NCBI GenBank assembly: GCA_907165135.1
Contig: OU015566.1
Coordinates: forward strand, 9,734,001 to 9,798,000
Direction: 5' to 3'
Length of the DNA stretch: 64,000 bases
Source of the DNA: Oikopleura dioica
Taxonomy: Eukaryota > Animalia > Chordata
In this document: positions 41,202-54,700 of the stretch, piece by piece
Numbering within the stretch: position 1 is the stretch's first letter
Layout of the letters: each line of letters begins with the position of its first letter
Program-made: the position numbers and the translations under genes
Notes under the pieces: model-generated
What the model saw: only the letters and a program-made list of their open reading frames with translations
The model's database searches: none
Told to the model about the DNA's origin: nothing

Positions 41202-42906
41202 CTTCCTGAGAGGGCTGAGAAAAGCTGGAATCTCCTTGCGAAGGGCTGGTTTGATCATTCATCCCAAGCGGGTCGTCGTCTGAGTCGATCTAAAAATATT
41301 TCAAGTTGGTAATTTCTTCTTCGCTTTCACGTCCTCTCTCTATGGCGCGAAATGGATAGGTAAAGAACGTACCACGGAGGAGGGTAGATCGATGGAAATG
41401 TCGACCTCTGCAGGTTGGATTCGTATCTGGTTGATCAGTTACAAACCCGCGGGTTTTCATTCGAACAACTCAGCTGTATAAATACAGTAAACGACAGCGT
41501 ATATTTCACTCCGATCAATAAGAGCTTTAGGGGACTTGTCAGCGCCCTAGCTGCAAAGCTTACAACTGTAGAACTAATCCCTACAGTATTTCATGGCTTG
41601 GTTGGCTCAAACCCTCTTGAATCCTTTCCTGAAGCAGTGTCTCCCAAAGCTTCCAGCTCCTAAAGAGTCACGTGTGAGTTGACAATAAATTAGAATATGA
41701 ATTCATCTTATCCTTTCTTGCGCGCAGATGTCGACATGACTTTTCTCCTGTTAACTGATCATAGTCATTTCAAATAATGTCGCAAATCTGGGCCATTATC
41801 ATCTGAAAGCATTCAAATCACCTGAGTCCCAAGAAATGCTTCTTTTTTCGCCAAGAGATCCGGAAGTAGTTCAGGCTTCTCCAGCTCGACAAAAGCTTTT
41901 TAAATCGGATGAATTACCTTTTCTTTACAATCGAAATTGATGTAATATTAAGCTAGACAGCAGGAATTACAGCAGGCTCGCCGAAAGAGCTATTGCTGAC
42001 TGTATCACCTGAGTAAGTAAGTGAATTCGATCCTTTCCGATCGGAGTGTCTTTCCGCGGTTGCTCCTCGGGCTCGACCTCGTCCCTGAATAATAGAGCTC
42101 AATTAGAGTGAAATCGAACCCCTGGGTGGCCCCAACGAATTGTTATCCAAAACACTAGTTCTACCTAACCGACTTGATCCTAAAAAAGGTCTTACCAGAA
42201 CCTCACGTGACGGCGTTTGGCACGTGTTTGCGTAGCATCGTAAGGATAAGTATAGGTTCGGCGCACAAGTCTGCCAGCTTCTCAAAGGGTACAAAAATGA
42301 TTCAACAATTTGGAATATGATATCGCCGCGGTACACAATCGGAAAAACGAGAGTCTCTACCGTCGAGCTATTTGAAAATAAAAAATATTCTCTTTATCAA
42401 AAGAACAGTCAGAAAAAGGGGCGACTATTGAATAACTGGTCGAGTTTTTCGTGTGATTTAGAGGCTGAGGAAATGGGGCGGGTTTCAAAAGTTATTTATA
42501 GCGATATTTGAGATCTAAAGTGTCGCGAATTTCCGTATAATGTTTTGTGAGTCTCCTACCCCGTTCCTTCGTTATCAGTGCTGATCCACGAGTCGTCCTT
42601 GAGGTCTAAAGGGGTCATAAAACCAGTTCTTTTTGTCATCAAGAAAACCTGGAAAGAGGGTACCTGAAAGATCGGAGACGGTGTCATCCGAGGTGTCGAG
42701 GGGAAAGATCTCCTTGAACGTCTTGGAAGTCATCCTTTCCACAAAAAGATCGCTGAACTTATCTGTGGAAGGAGAGTAGAAAAAGCAACAAGTGGAAGTG
42801 ACGTTCTAGAAAACCTCCGAGAAAATTCCAAAACAAAGCAGATGATATCATTTTATCGGCGCTCAAGTTATAATGGAAACTCACTCAGGCGGGACGGACA
42901 ACTCAT
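41202..42906 (-). CDS. Uncharacterised multi-exon gene (acidic N-terminus, possible RRM-like segment); 3' end unresolved
   Basis: Phase-consistent GT-AG exons 42906-42885, 42762-42664, 42605-42560, 42084-42009 give MSCPSRLNKFSDLFVERMTSKTFKEIFPLDTSDD..IHLLTQ. Further exon-like pieces: AFVELEKPELL at about 41900 and 41289-41202. Confidence 0.5.
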
Positions 42907-44023
42907 TTTTTTGAATTTATGTTCGTTTTTTCTCTTACTGTATCAAATGATGACCTGCAGCGAAGTTATTGGACGCATAATTCTGACAATTCTAATCAAT
43001 GTGAAAACGATGCTACCATAGAACATCTATTCTTAATGCTTTTAACTAGCAAACTATCGATACAAACATGAATTATGATTATTCAATCAATTTTGACAAA
43101 CATTAAACATGCTCTGCCTATTTCCAAGTCTCATGAAAACCTCCACAAGATCTGGATAATGCATTTTATTTGACGCAAGTCTGTTTCTCCTGACTTCACT
43201 TACCATTCAATTATTCCTTGTCAAATATTAGCTTTTTCTTCAATTTCTTTCATTAGTAAATTCCACGTCAAACGACCTTGATCAACTGACGAATGCCCTC
43301 AAGTGTTACTGTTAATCGATCATAAAGCAAACTTCTTGAGTCAATAAAAATCTCAGAACTCGCCATAACTTTGTAAGAGGAGAATGGATAAAATATCGCT
43401 TCTTTGATGAAAACCGCTATTCGTCAGATTGAGACACTTTTATGGACATTTTGTGATCCCGAGGTAATAAAAAGTCAAAGTCCCTTGAAGGCCTTTCAAG
43501 GTCAAGGAAAATGCCAATTTGGCAATTTGGAAACTTTAAGTTTTTCTTTGCCAAATGCCTCCTAAATCCAAATGCAAATGCTTGTTAAAACCGACTAAAT
43601 TTTCTCATGAGAATTTGATGTTTTTCAGACGCAAGACAAAAAGACCGGACGACGATTATTTTTTAATTTGGATCCTTACGATCGATATTAAGATTTATTA
43701 ATGTTTTGTTGCAAAAAATAATAATAAAACAGGTCTGTTGAAAAACCGAATGTACAGTTGCTTATTTAACAAGATTTCTGAAACAGTTTAAATAAGAGGT
43801 ATGAAGAAAAGCATAATAAAATGGTAATTACAGTCTATATTTTCTAGGGAGTTAGTTTAGGTAAGAAGGATTGAGCGAATGAACTTTTTAAATCCAAAAT
43901 ACATACAGAAATCGGGTTATTTTTTGAAGGTGTTGTGGTGTTGGTTGGCTACAGTTGGAAGCTGGGCAGGTCTGCGGTGTACAGTACGGGTCGTTTTTTG
44001 TTCAAATCGGCTACTGGTTACTA

Positions 44024-44887
44024 TCATGAAACGACGGTATTCAGCTTTTCCGTCGATTCGAAGCTGATTAGGTCGCTGGAGGCCGAGCTGGAGTACTCTG
44101 AGTAGCTGCTGCTGGCGGTGCTCTGCGTACTGCTAGCGCTCGTGGTCTGATTCAAATATTCTAGATTGGAGGACAGCTGTCTTCGTGGGTGAATAGTCTC
44201 CTCGGGTGGAGGAAACTCGATATATTTTCGCGGGACGGTGCCGATTCCGCCCGACTTTCGAAAGTCTTTCATCGCCAAATACCAATCGCGATCGATGAAG
44301 GCCAGAATCTGGATCGTCTCGCGTTCCTGTAGGCAGAGTTGGCTGTCGTCCGTGGGTTCAAAGGGGTACAGACTGGTTGCGATCTGCGGCGCGTCCGGCA
44401 TCAAAAGCCGCATTTCGCCAAAGATCGGATAGGTGAGGTAGTAGTCGACGAGGTCAGTGATCGTGCGGAACTTTCTCTTCCAAATGTGAACGTGTCCCTT
44501 GTTCTTGTCCCAGTGGACGCGCATGTGGCCGATTTTGTTGCGCAGTTTGATAGAGAGGGAGAATCCTTCGTGGCTCTGCGAGCACCGAACCACGAAACAT
44601 CCACGCTCCCTTTTCTTGTCTTTGAGATAAAACTCAGCGTTGGTTCTGGTGATATTTGGGATTAACCACGGAATCGGGTCGATGTCCACCCAGTAATGAT
44701 GCACCAAACCAATGGTGTTGGATTTGTCGAGCGCGAGCGCCCAGTCCTTCGAGTAAAAGTAGTCCACGACGCGGAGCGTATCTCCAGCTTTGAAGGACAA
44801 TTCTCTATAGGTCCGTTTCGTTGGATCGCAATCCGCAAGGACCATTTCGCTCTCTCCATCGTGATTTCGCAGTGTTGTTACTTCCAT
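44024..44887 (-). CDS. Intronless, divergent GRB2/Drk-like SH3-SH2-SH3 adaptor with Ser/Thr-rich tail (287 aa)
   Basis: ELSFKAGD (SH3), PW..ITRTNAE..GCFVVRCS..FSLSI..IWKRKF..LVDYY (SH2), ATSLYPF..DW..GTVPRKYI (SH3); single ORF. Confidence 0.9.
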   Translation of the reverse strand: MEVTTLRNHDGESEMVLADCDPTKRTYRELSFKAGDTLRVVDYFYSKDWALALDKSNTIGLVHHYWVDIDPIPWLIPNITRTNAEFYLKDKKRERGCFVVRCSQSHEGFSLSIKLRNKIGHMRVHWDKNKGHVHIWKRKFRTITDLVDYYLTYPIFGEMRLLMPDAPQIATSLYPFEPTDDSQLCLQERETIQILAFIDRDWYLAMKDFRKSGGIGTVPRKYIEFPPPEETIHPRRQLSSNLEYLNQTTSASSTQSTASSSYSEYSSSASSDLISFESTEKLNTVVS

Positions 44888-47041
44888 CTTCTTTCAATAT
44901 CTCTGATGCATAAATTATTTACTCTTCCGCAAGAAATTGATCGTCTCTCGGTACTTTTAGAGTTTTTATGACACGAGAAAAAAACGGTTGTCTTTTTTTC
45001 TATCTATTTTTTTTACTTTGGGTGTGAAGCGATCTCGAGGCCCTTCTTTTATGGATTCGATGGGAGCGCCAGAGCGCTTGAGCTTATAGATTCTCCTTCA
45101 AAAGAAAAATTATCGTTACGAAGCCTCGCCTCATCCCTCGTTTTCTGCAGCAATCTTCATTATTTAATGCCAAGACTCTTGACTCACGAGGAAGTTTATG
45201 AATAACAAAAAAAATATTTTCATATTAAGATTTTTTGATAAAATGAATTTGATAAACATAAATTTAGGTAATATTAAACACAATTTCTACCAATTTTTTT
45301 CTTTAAAAGAATGTTTATCATTTTAAATTTATCGTTACGTAATTATTTTTATTTTACTTATTCAACAGACAGTTTTAGTCAGACTTTAGCAAAGCTGTAT
45401 TAACTCCTTAGCGTAGAAAAGAAACAACGAAATAAAGCAGATTGAAGGATGTGACACCGGTGATTATCGCTAGATTCTTATGTCATCCAGCAGGGGAGAG
45501 TTTCTCATGTCAGACGTACACTTCTGTAACACGCCTCTTTTTTGTTTACGCGGTGTTATCGGAATGCCAATATTTTCACTCATTCTTTAAGTTATTTTGT
45601 TTTCAACTTTACTCGAACTTTTTTGTCTACTGTAGCTCACAGTCCCCCAAGATCAATGTCAGACATGATGCCAATAGCATGTATAGGCCTAAGCATAACA
45701 ACAATCGTTATCATGCCTATTTTTCTTTGCTGGGTAGTTATTACCAATAAAATGTTTTGAGAATCCATGAATTTATTCTCTTTGGGACTTAACAACTTGA
45801 AGTTATCAGAATTGAAGCAAACTATGCTCAATCATCATATTGTACGGGCACTTGTTTGCGGGATTTAATGATCTTGTCCGATGGACAATATTCTTTCTCC
45901 ACCGGAAGAGAATAAATTTTCTTGTATTGAAAGATTGTGCAATAGCAGTTTTCCGCACCGGTGGCAGCTGGATAGAATGATTCGCCGTGAATTAATATTA
46001 AATTAATCGACCTGTAGTCAACAGGGCAAAATAACTAATTCTGAATAAGGAATCGGAAGACGATTCCAAATTTGAACAAAAAATGATTTCCTTAGAAATG
46101 AAAAGCCAGGACTATAATTCACACGTCCAGACCCTTCCCGTCTAGGATTTATAGCACTTGAGTGAAGTAATCATTTGACTCCTTGTGATGGTCATTTTTT
46201 TCGGGGCTTTAATCCGAATCATATTTTTATGTTTTCTGTTTTCGATTGAGAAAATAATGACCATCGATCATGTTATTGTCCATTTTTATTGCTTCAAAGA
46301 TCAAAGGTCCAAAAACAGAAGGCATTAAAAAAGTGCGGACTTTATTCGCTGAATGGCGGTTAAATTTGAGAAGAATTTAAATATTGACCTAAGCATTCGA
46401 ATTCAGAATCAGCGGAAGTAAAAGTGTATATTTACAGACAGCAAGAACTTCTCCGACATAACAATTGAGGTTTGGTATGTGGGGCTGAAGCGTTACGCAA
46501 GACGGTTAACTTATCGTGGCGGCAGTTATCGTCACCGTCTTCACCGTTGACTGTCTTGAGGGCAAAAGAATCAAGACGCTCTCGTTGTTTATCGCGATGT
46601 TGATGCAACCACGTTGAAGAGGGTTTTCCCAACCGGCGGAATCGCCGTCGCCCCGACGTGGCCTCCCACAGCCTCTGGTAACGTTCATCTGGTTCACGTC
46701 CTGGCTTGATAATGCATATTCTCTAATACGATTCATACGTGCACTTGCTTAACCGTAGATGCCATGTTTCGTCATAAAGGGCGACTTCCCTTTTCGTGAA
46801 AAATTCATGAGTCTATCCGTAGCCAGATAAATATTAAATAAGATGCGATAACTGAATTATTAAAGCCCGTATAATAACATAGACGATTACGTAATCGGCC
46901 GTCTCCTTCTCCGATTCAGACAAGAATGGCCCAGGTCAAATATGAATGTTGTGAGGCTAGATACTTTTTTTATTATTTAAGTGAACTGTGATGGAACATT
47001 CATAATACAGTAATACGAACTGGCAGCTTTTCTGAAAGAGC

Positions 47042-50000
47042 TCAGGAGGCATTCAAGTCTTTGAAGTAAGTCTTGTATATGTCGACATATGGAAAGATAT
47101 CTTCAGCAAGCTCGATGTGGAAGGCATCCTTCTTTATCAAATACTGTCGTAACGGCTTGAACTCCAAGTTTTGCAAATTAGTTTTTAGACTACTGTCGTT
47201 TCCGGAGGGCGGGCGGAAATAAAATTTCTGCATAAAATTCGGAAGAATAAGTTTATGAGTCGTTATCTCAAGCCATTTCCTTTACGATTTTATTTGAATT
47301 CGGGCCCCAGTCGATTCTGCTGTCGAAGTTGTCGTTTCTCTAAGAAAACATGTTATCGAGCATCGAGGAAAAAAAACTAACGTTGTAAAGAATTCCAGGG
47401 CCAGCATAGTCCACATCCGATAAGAGCTCGCATCCTGGGGTTATCCACTGCACAACAACGTACTTATCCTTCCTGTTGACCTAATAAAATTCGCCTGCAG
47501 TTTCTGTTCAAATGTCAAAGCCTACCTTGAGAAGTTTTCCAACTAAAGGCCGTCGCACCGTATCTAGCGGGCGGGATTCAGTCTTGATTCTCAATCCTGA
47601 GACTATCAAATTTAAAAAGTGACTAGAAAGGACGCTGAACCCCAAGCATAATTGCTGCCTCCCGAATCATTCAGCGGCACATTTCGTCCTCCAACACTAA
47701 TCGGTTAATTTAGTAACTTATTATAAGACTTATTCACGCGGTCTTGGCGACCGACTGGCTGGCCACTTTTTGCAGTAAAAAGATGACCCATTAGAGGGAC
47801 GCTAGGAAATGTTAAAAAGAAAGTACCCGTTTTTATGATCCTCGATTGCTTGTTTCAGCTCATTTCGCTTGTCACCCAGTCTCCTTTTGACTTTTCTTTC
47901 ATGTGTTGCTCTCTCCCTCGATTTTTTCGTGTCCTCAGCATTTTCGGTATCACCCCACTCGCCACTCTCCGGGTCAGTGCCTGATTCAGGCCGGTACTCT
48001 TCATAGCTAAAGTAGCCTTTGATATCTTTTTCTGACACCTTTTTTCCATCATCTTCTATAAGTTCTGATCCATAAGGTTTGATGTTATATTCCTGTTTTT
48101 GGAGTTCCGAATGAATAATTCGACAGACGAAAATGTGTCTAAGTCTCGGGAACCAGACCTTAATTCTCCGCGGAAAACTTGATAAAAGTTGAAGAATGAG
48201 CGCCTAATTATAGCTATTAAAAATGGATCTTCACACATGACTACATTTTCTATCTTGTCAACTTTTCCTTTTGATATCAAAAGCCCAATACTTCTCGTTC
48301 GGCTGTACCAACATGCCCTTGGTCAGAACCTGTCGCATAATAGAAGGCGAGAGCAGCTTCGGATTACTTCATTATCTTGACGATTTTCGAAGCTCTCTCA
48401 CCTGGTTTAGCGCGGCAGGTGCGTTGAACTTGCTGAAAACCTCCATATAATCCGATTGGATGTCTTGATCGCTTCGCGCGTTCCTGTTTTCAGTCCACAT
48501 CCGGACCATGAGAATACGAACGTCCCAGTTTGTCCTGTAGTAGAAACATTTGCTGCTATTCGCACAAGCGGCCGCTAAATCCAAGTTTTAAAGAATATAA
48601 AAATATTTGCTTTACAAAATTAGTTAAAAAAGAGCATTCAATCATTTTCCTATTACTAATAGGCTATCAGGAACTGTTAAACAGTAAAATTATAAGGAAA
48701 AACAAGTGATTATTAACAAAGTAATTAATTTTAAAGACATGTAAAAGCTCGTTCAAAATAATAAAGGAAAAATTAATGAACGAGAATATTAGCTGAGAAA
48801 ATAGCAGGCACGTTACGTGAACATGCTTTTGTTGGCGAAGCTATAAGTAAAGACTTTTTGCCGAAGGCTTGAATCAAGTCTTTGACCTTCTTATTCACAC
48901 ATGAATAAATGACCACTTCCGCATTTTACGTATTTTAACGAGCACGGCAATTAATCATGATTACGTACCAAGGTGATCTTTTCGCGGGACAAGGCGGTAA
49001 TGCTGCTCCAGGGTTCCCTTTTATCGGATGAGAAAACTAGGACATGGCCTTGTTAATCTTGGAAAATCTTGTTACAAGATTCTTGTATCCATCTCTCATC
49101 CAAATGCCTGATAATCTTGGTTGTTCAACTTGAAAATCGACTTTTTTGGCTTTGTCATAGTTAAATAAAAAAAAACAAGATAACAAGGTTTGATTTCTTG
49201 ATCTAATTTAATTACCTAATTTTACATTAAGGATATAGCCTATGAAATTGAACTTTCATAGCGCCTAAATGCGACGTCAGATCATATTATTTCAAAAGAA
49301 ATCCCAACTAAAAATGTACGCAGAACTCGATTGTGGTACTTTTTTAAAATTTTTCATTTGAAATTCTCTCTGTAGAACGTTTTGAAATCTTACGATCGCG
49401 ATTTCTCGAAATTTTTACATTAAATCGCTAAAACTAAACCCATGACTGCATTAGCAAAATGCTAAACTAGAATATTGTGGCTGAAAATTTTTCAAACTCA
49501 GGCAAATTTCTATTCTAGTGTTTTCCTCTTTCTTGCTCCTGTTTTTCTTCCATGCGCGCTTTTTTGGGTCCAACCAATCAAAGCGCTCTTTCAAACGCGC
49601 ATTTTCTCTCGGGAAAGAGGAGTCGAGAGATTGAGCACCCAGCGCAGCGCTTTTTACACTATTCACGCGCCGAGGAAGCCTCACGGAAATGGCTCTAAAA
49701 TCGGTTTTTGTCGGAATTAGAGAAAACCGAACCCACAATTTTGTAGATAAGGGTCTAGATTATCTTTCTATCAAAAAAACTCGACCGATTTAATGTAAAA
49801 ATTTCGAGAAATCGCGATCGTAAGATTTCAAAACGCTCTACAGAGAAAAATTCAAATGAAAATTTTTAAAAAAGTACCAGAATCGAGTTTTGCATACATT
49901 TTTAGATAGAATTGATTTTGAAATACAATGATCCGACGTCGCATTTGGGCGCTATGAAAGTTCAATTTGAAAGGCTATATCCTTAAATTCTATAATATAT

Positions 50001-51369
50001 AAAATCTATAGGCTTTTCAGTGATTGAAAACAGCAATTTGGGGAAAATATCTCCATAAAATCATGTCGAGGTGAATATCTCGTCACGTGAGTGCCGGACT
50101 TCATAACCAGAATCCGAGTATAAAAAAGATAATTTGAAATCGAAGACTCGGACAAGATATCTTATATATCGGACAAGGCCATGTGCGTATATGCAAATGA
50201 ATATGCTGTCTTATCGCCAAAAGCGATAGGCTTTAGCCATTCCTTAAAATTTGAACTTTGCAAAATATGATAAAAGGTCCGATCGTAAATGTTTCTCGAA
50301 TTGATCGGGATTTTATCGTCATCAACCTCTCGCGTTCGGTAAGTTTGATAGAGGAATAACATGTCCATGATTCTTGTGAAATTTTCTAAAAAGAACTTGG
50401 TAAGAATAACAAAAAAAATCGAAACTTACGATGAGTTAAACGAAGCAGAGCAGGTTTAACATAGTCGTACCAAACTGCTGTTGATGCGCAAAAGTCTAAC
50501 GGACAAGTAAATTTTCCTGATTTGGAAGTGATAAAAATTACCGCAAATTTCTAAGAGCGCGCAAGTATCAACCCACGTAAGTCGAACTGGCAGTCGATGA
50601 ATGGCGGCTAGGTAAATGCTGACAATATGAGGCGAGAATTTTAAATCTTTCAAGACGAGTTTTTTCATGAAAAAAGTGTTGGTACTATCAGATAAGAAAC
50701 CCGTGGCTATGTTAGAAGTACTTCCTTCTTTGAAGGAAAACTGCGAGTCGAGTCCAAATGCGCCCCAAAGATGAGTATTTTTGAACATTTTCTTCATAAT
50801 CTTGAATCTGAAACGCCCTTTTGCATCATCTTGAATGATATCTCCGACATTGATGTCGACGTATTCTTCTTCTCCGTCCCCACACGTCACGTGTAAATAT
50901 TCCGATTCTTTTTCAAGGTCAAAAAAGGAGCTTGAATAGCGATAGTTTGAAATTTTCGACCGTTCCTTCAAGAAAGAACATCCCCATGAAGTTCTTGATC
51001 TGCAAATTGTGCTCTCCCTCGACCGAATAGAATTCAGTTGGATCACTTTCCAGTGTCCATTCTCGCTGTTTCTCCGCAATAGCCATTTTTCGCTTTCGCT
51101 CGGCCTGAATTTCGGGATACAATACTCGCGAAAAATATCATTTTTCTTGTATCTAGAATTCTAGTTTGTAGAATTGAAAGGATTTGTATCCGAATTGCCT
51201 TTTCCCTTTTTCGTTGTCGCACTTCGGCTTTACTGAGTTTCATCGCGAAATTCGCGAACGCATTCTTCTTCTTCCTTCTGTCTTCATTTTCCGCTTCCAA
51301 ACTTTGCCAACTGTTCGCTTCCGTCACAGTTTCTGTCTGCGCACTGTCTGGCGCCCCAGAACGCACCAT
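47042..51369 (-). CDS. Multi-exon BTB/POZ(-BACK)-like protein of unknown function
   Basis: Spliceable segments LHVTCGDG..LVLKDLKFSPHIVSIYLAAIHRLP|KFAV..WYDYVKPALLRLTHQNFTRIMDMLFLYQ resemble a BTB/BACK region. Downstream exons at about 48570, 48200-47820 and 47220-47042. Several junctions are uncertain. Confidence 0.5.
49231..49982. mobile_element. 752-bp foldback MITE, about 197-bp TIRs, TTAA TSD, GG termini (Kolobok-like)
   Basis: TTAA (49227-49230)|GGATATAGCC...GGCTATATCC|TTAA (49983-49986). TIRs 49231-49427 and 49786-49982. Confidence 0.9.
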
Positions 51370-51793
51370 CCTTGTCAGCAGAATCAGGGTGGACCAGGCC
51401 GTTTCTGACCTGTTTCCGTTATCCGGAAAAAAAACCCGATTCTAAATTCGGGCGCGCGTATTTTCTGCCAATCAGACGCAGCTATTTCTCGCACGCGGGC
51501 CGTTCGTGTTTTTGGAATTTCTCACTTTTTATCCCTTTTTTTCCAGAGAGAAATCTGAAGAAAAATCGTTAAAGTGAATGGAAGTTATGAAAAAGAGTTT
51601 TAAAAAGAAGTTATCTGAAAAGTAATTTCTCTTTGTCTTTTTGAAGCAAAATGTTCTTTTTTCGAGAACTAAGAATTCTCTTTTGCCAGAATTCATTTTT
51701 CCTCATTTTCAGAGCAGAGCTGAGCATTCGGAAATCGGAGTCAATGTTTCTCTAAATTGAAATCGAGAATTGAGTCTAGAAAAATCGCCAAAG
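51370..51793. promoter_or_regulatory. Probable bidirectional promoter between the BTB-like gene and POLE
   Basis: 424 bp between divergent ATGs (51369 minus, 51794 plus). Pyrimidine tract plus AG at 51711-51712 upstream of the POLE ATG (5' UTR intron or trans-splice acceptor). Confidence 0.45.
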
Positions 51794-54700
51794 ATGAGTT
51801 GGCAGAAGAAAAACGACGATAATAATTTCGAAGCCGATGAGCGCCCGTCAAATTCCTCTGCGAAAAGCCAGAGGATCGAAAAATTAACGCAAGAAAACGA
51901 ACTGGATGAACTTTATGGTTACCAAGAGCCGTCAGAACCGGTGAGTTTCTTTCTAAATGAATGGTTGTTTGTTAAATTAATCGTATTATAACCAATATCA
52001 TCAAGGATTCCTCGTCCGTTTTCTTTCAACCAGTCCAAGCTAGATTGGGCTGGATAGAGATAGAAGGCTTGCCAGTTTGTCCCAATTGATTCCATCTCAG
52101 CTTCTACATTTCATACCATGTTATGAAGCAGCAGATTGGAAAATAGAAGTAGGGTCCAACAACAAACCCAGGAGTGTGTTCTTCCTATGTTAACAATTGA
52201 TAAGACAATGATTTTTCCACAGAAGTAGCAAATTCAGGGGACATGCTATCTAATTAACTAATTCTGGCCTCTAATCTCCAAATAATAATCTCAGAAAGAC
52301 CATAAGTTCTGCTAACTTTTGATAGAATGGGGGGTTGCTTAGGGATGCCCAGGAATGTCAAAGAATTGATGATGATAAACACAGACCTGTACCGAGGCTA
52401 AGGCCAAGGGAGATAAAACTCAGCTCACTCTGAAATTCTAAGAAAAAGACCTGAAAAATAGATCCAAAATGGATCCCTCCACGACCTCTAAATACAATTT
52501 CAGGGTGTATCAACCGGCTGGCTGGTAAACATGCACGCCGGAGACACAATTAACGAAGATGGCCAGCTTGTTTCTTGCGTCCACTATTACTTCATCAAGC
52601 AAGATGGAGACAGATTCAAAGTCCGTCTAACCTATCAGCCCTATTTCTACGTCGAGCCCAGGCTAGGCCTGGAGCACGAAATCTCCAACTACCTCTCCCG
52701 TCGATTTGAAAAAATGGTCAACGTAAAAGTCGAGCTCGTCGCAAAAGAAGATTTAGACTTAAACAATCATCTTTCCGGACTAAAAAGACATTTCGTGAAA
52801 CTGACATTTGATCACGTGGACGACATGCAGGTTGTTTTGAAACCAATTCGAGCTGCAGTATCGAGAAACAAGAAATTAGCGGACAACAAAGTCTCGGACT
52901 TAGTAATGGCGCTGGATGGAGACAGCGACGCGATTAGCTCGGATATGATGGACGAAATCGTAGACATACGCGAGTACGATGTCCCGTTTCATGTCCGGGT
53001 GTCTATTGATAAGGTACGCAAATGTCTCTTTTATCCCTAAATTCTCATTTCAGCAAATATTCGTGGCGCACTGGTACGATGTCAATTGGACTGGGCAACA
53101 TGATGTACCGACCTTTTTGAGAAGGTTTGAAAGTCTCATATTTCGCACTAGAACTTCCCCCTTTCAGAGACGACCTTTTAACGCGACCAGACCCAGTTGT
53201 CCTGGCATATGATATTGAAACGACGAAGCTTCCGTTGAAATTCCCAAACTCGGAGATTGATCATATTATGATGATATCGTACATGGTCGACGGGCAGGGA
53301 TATCTTATCATCAATCGGGCGATCGTTTCGGCGGACGTTGAGGATTTCGAATTCACTCCTAGGCCAGAATTTGAGGGGCCGTTTATTGTTTATAACGAGG
53401 AAGATGAATTTGCTACTATTCGCAAGTTTTTCGATCATATTCAGGTAAAACGAAAATGCATTAATTCAAGAAGTAAAGGGATTGTTTAGGAGCTCAAGCC
53501 ACATGTTATCGTCACTTACAACGGTGATTTCTTCGATTGGCCCTTTGTCGACGACAGGGCCAAAGTACACGGACTGACGATGAAGCGCGAAATCGGCTTC
53601 GAACGCGAAACGCACGGCGGTGAAGACACATTTCTCTGCCGCCAATGTCTTCACATGGACGCCTTCAAATGGGTCAAGCGTGATTCTTACTTGCCAGTCG
53701 GTTCCCAGGGTTTGAAAGCGGCAGCAAAAGCGAAACTACGATTCGATCCAGTTGAGCTTGATCCAGAGTTAATGTGTAAAATGGCGACCGAGCAGCCGCA
53801 AGTTCTAGCGACATATTCCGTATCAGACGCTTTAGCGACTTATTACATGTATCAGAAGTACGTTCATCCCTTTATCTTCGCCTTGTGTATGATCATTCCA
53901 ATGGAGCCGGATGAAGTCCTGAGAAAAGGATCAGGAACGCTTTGCGAGGCGCTGCTGATGGACTACGCCTACAGAGCAAATGTAATTTATCCGAATAAAC
54001 AACAGACGAATATGGACAAGACGTTTGATGGCCATTTACTCGAGTCTGAGACCTACGTGGGAGGTCGGGTAGAAGCCATTGAGTGTGGAGTTTTTCGGGC
54101 AGACTTTCCGGAAAGATTTCGTTTAGGTAATCTTTTTCTTATTCTAGGAGACTTAATTTTTATTAGATCCGGATGCGTATCAAGCACTTTTGGACGCAGT
54201 CGATGAGACCATGAAGTTTTCATTAGAAAAAGAAGAGGGCGTACCGCTAGATCAAGTTGAAGACTACGACGAAGTGTGTAACCAAATCAAAGCAAAGCTA
54301 GAATCACTGCGCGACACGCCCAACCGAATCGAGAATCCGCTAATTTATCACCTCGATGTGGGTGCGATGTATCCGAATATTATTTTGACGAATAGACTCC
54401 AACCGCCTGCAATCATCAACGAAAATACTTGCGTTACGTGTGATTACAACACGCCAGATGCTGATTGTCGACGACGCATGGACTGGATGTGGAGGTAAAC
54501 TGAAACAAAGTAGCCATTTTGTTTGATAAGAATAGATAATTCACCTTCTTCGCGTAAATTTCACGTCATTTCGCTTTTGCTAATTCAGCCTTGGAATTTC
54601 GATTCTCATTGAATACATTTTAAGAGGTTATAAAAAGACCCCTGAATAATTTATTCGCGCGATGACCTCTCTTCTCATGCTCTTTTTTTTAGAGGAGAAT

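Noticed and set aside
48372-48584. Kolobok-like transposase relic (SKCF..R..EN)
   Set aside because: Weak resemblance only. The segment has clean splice borders and fits the BTB-like gene model.
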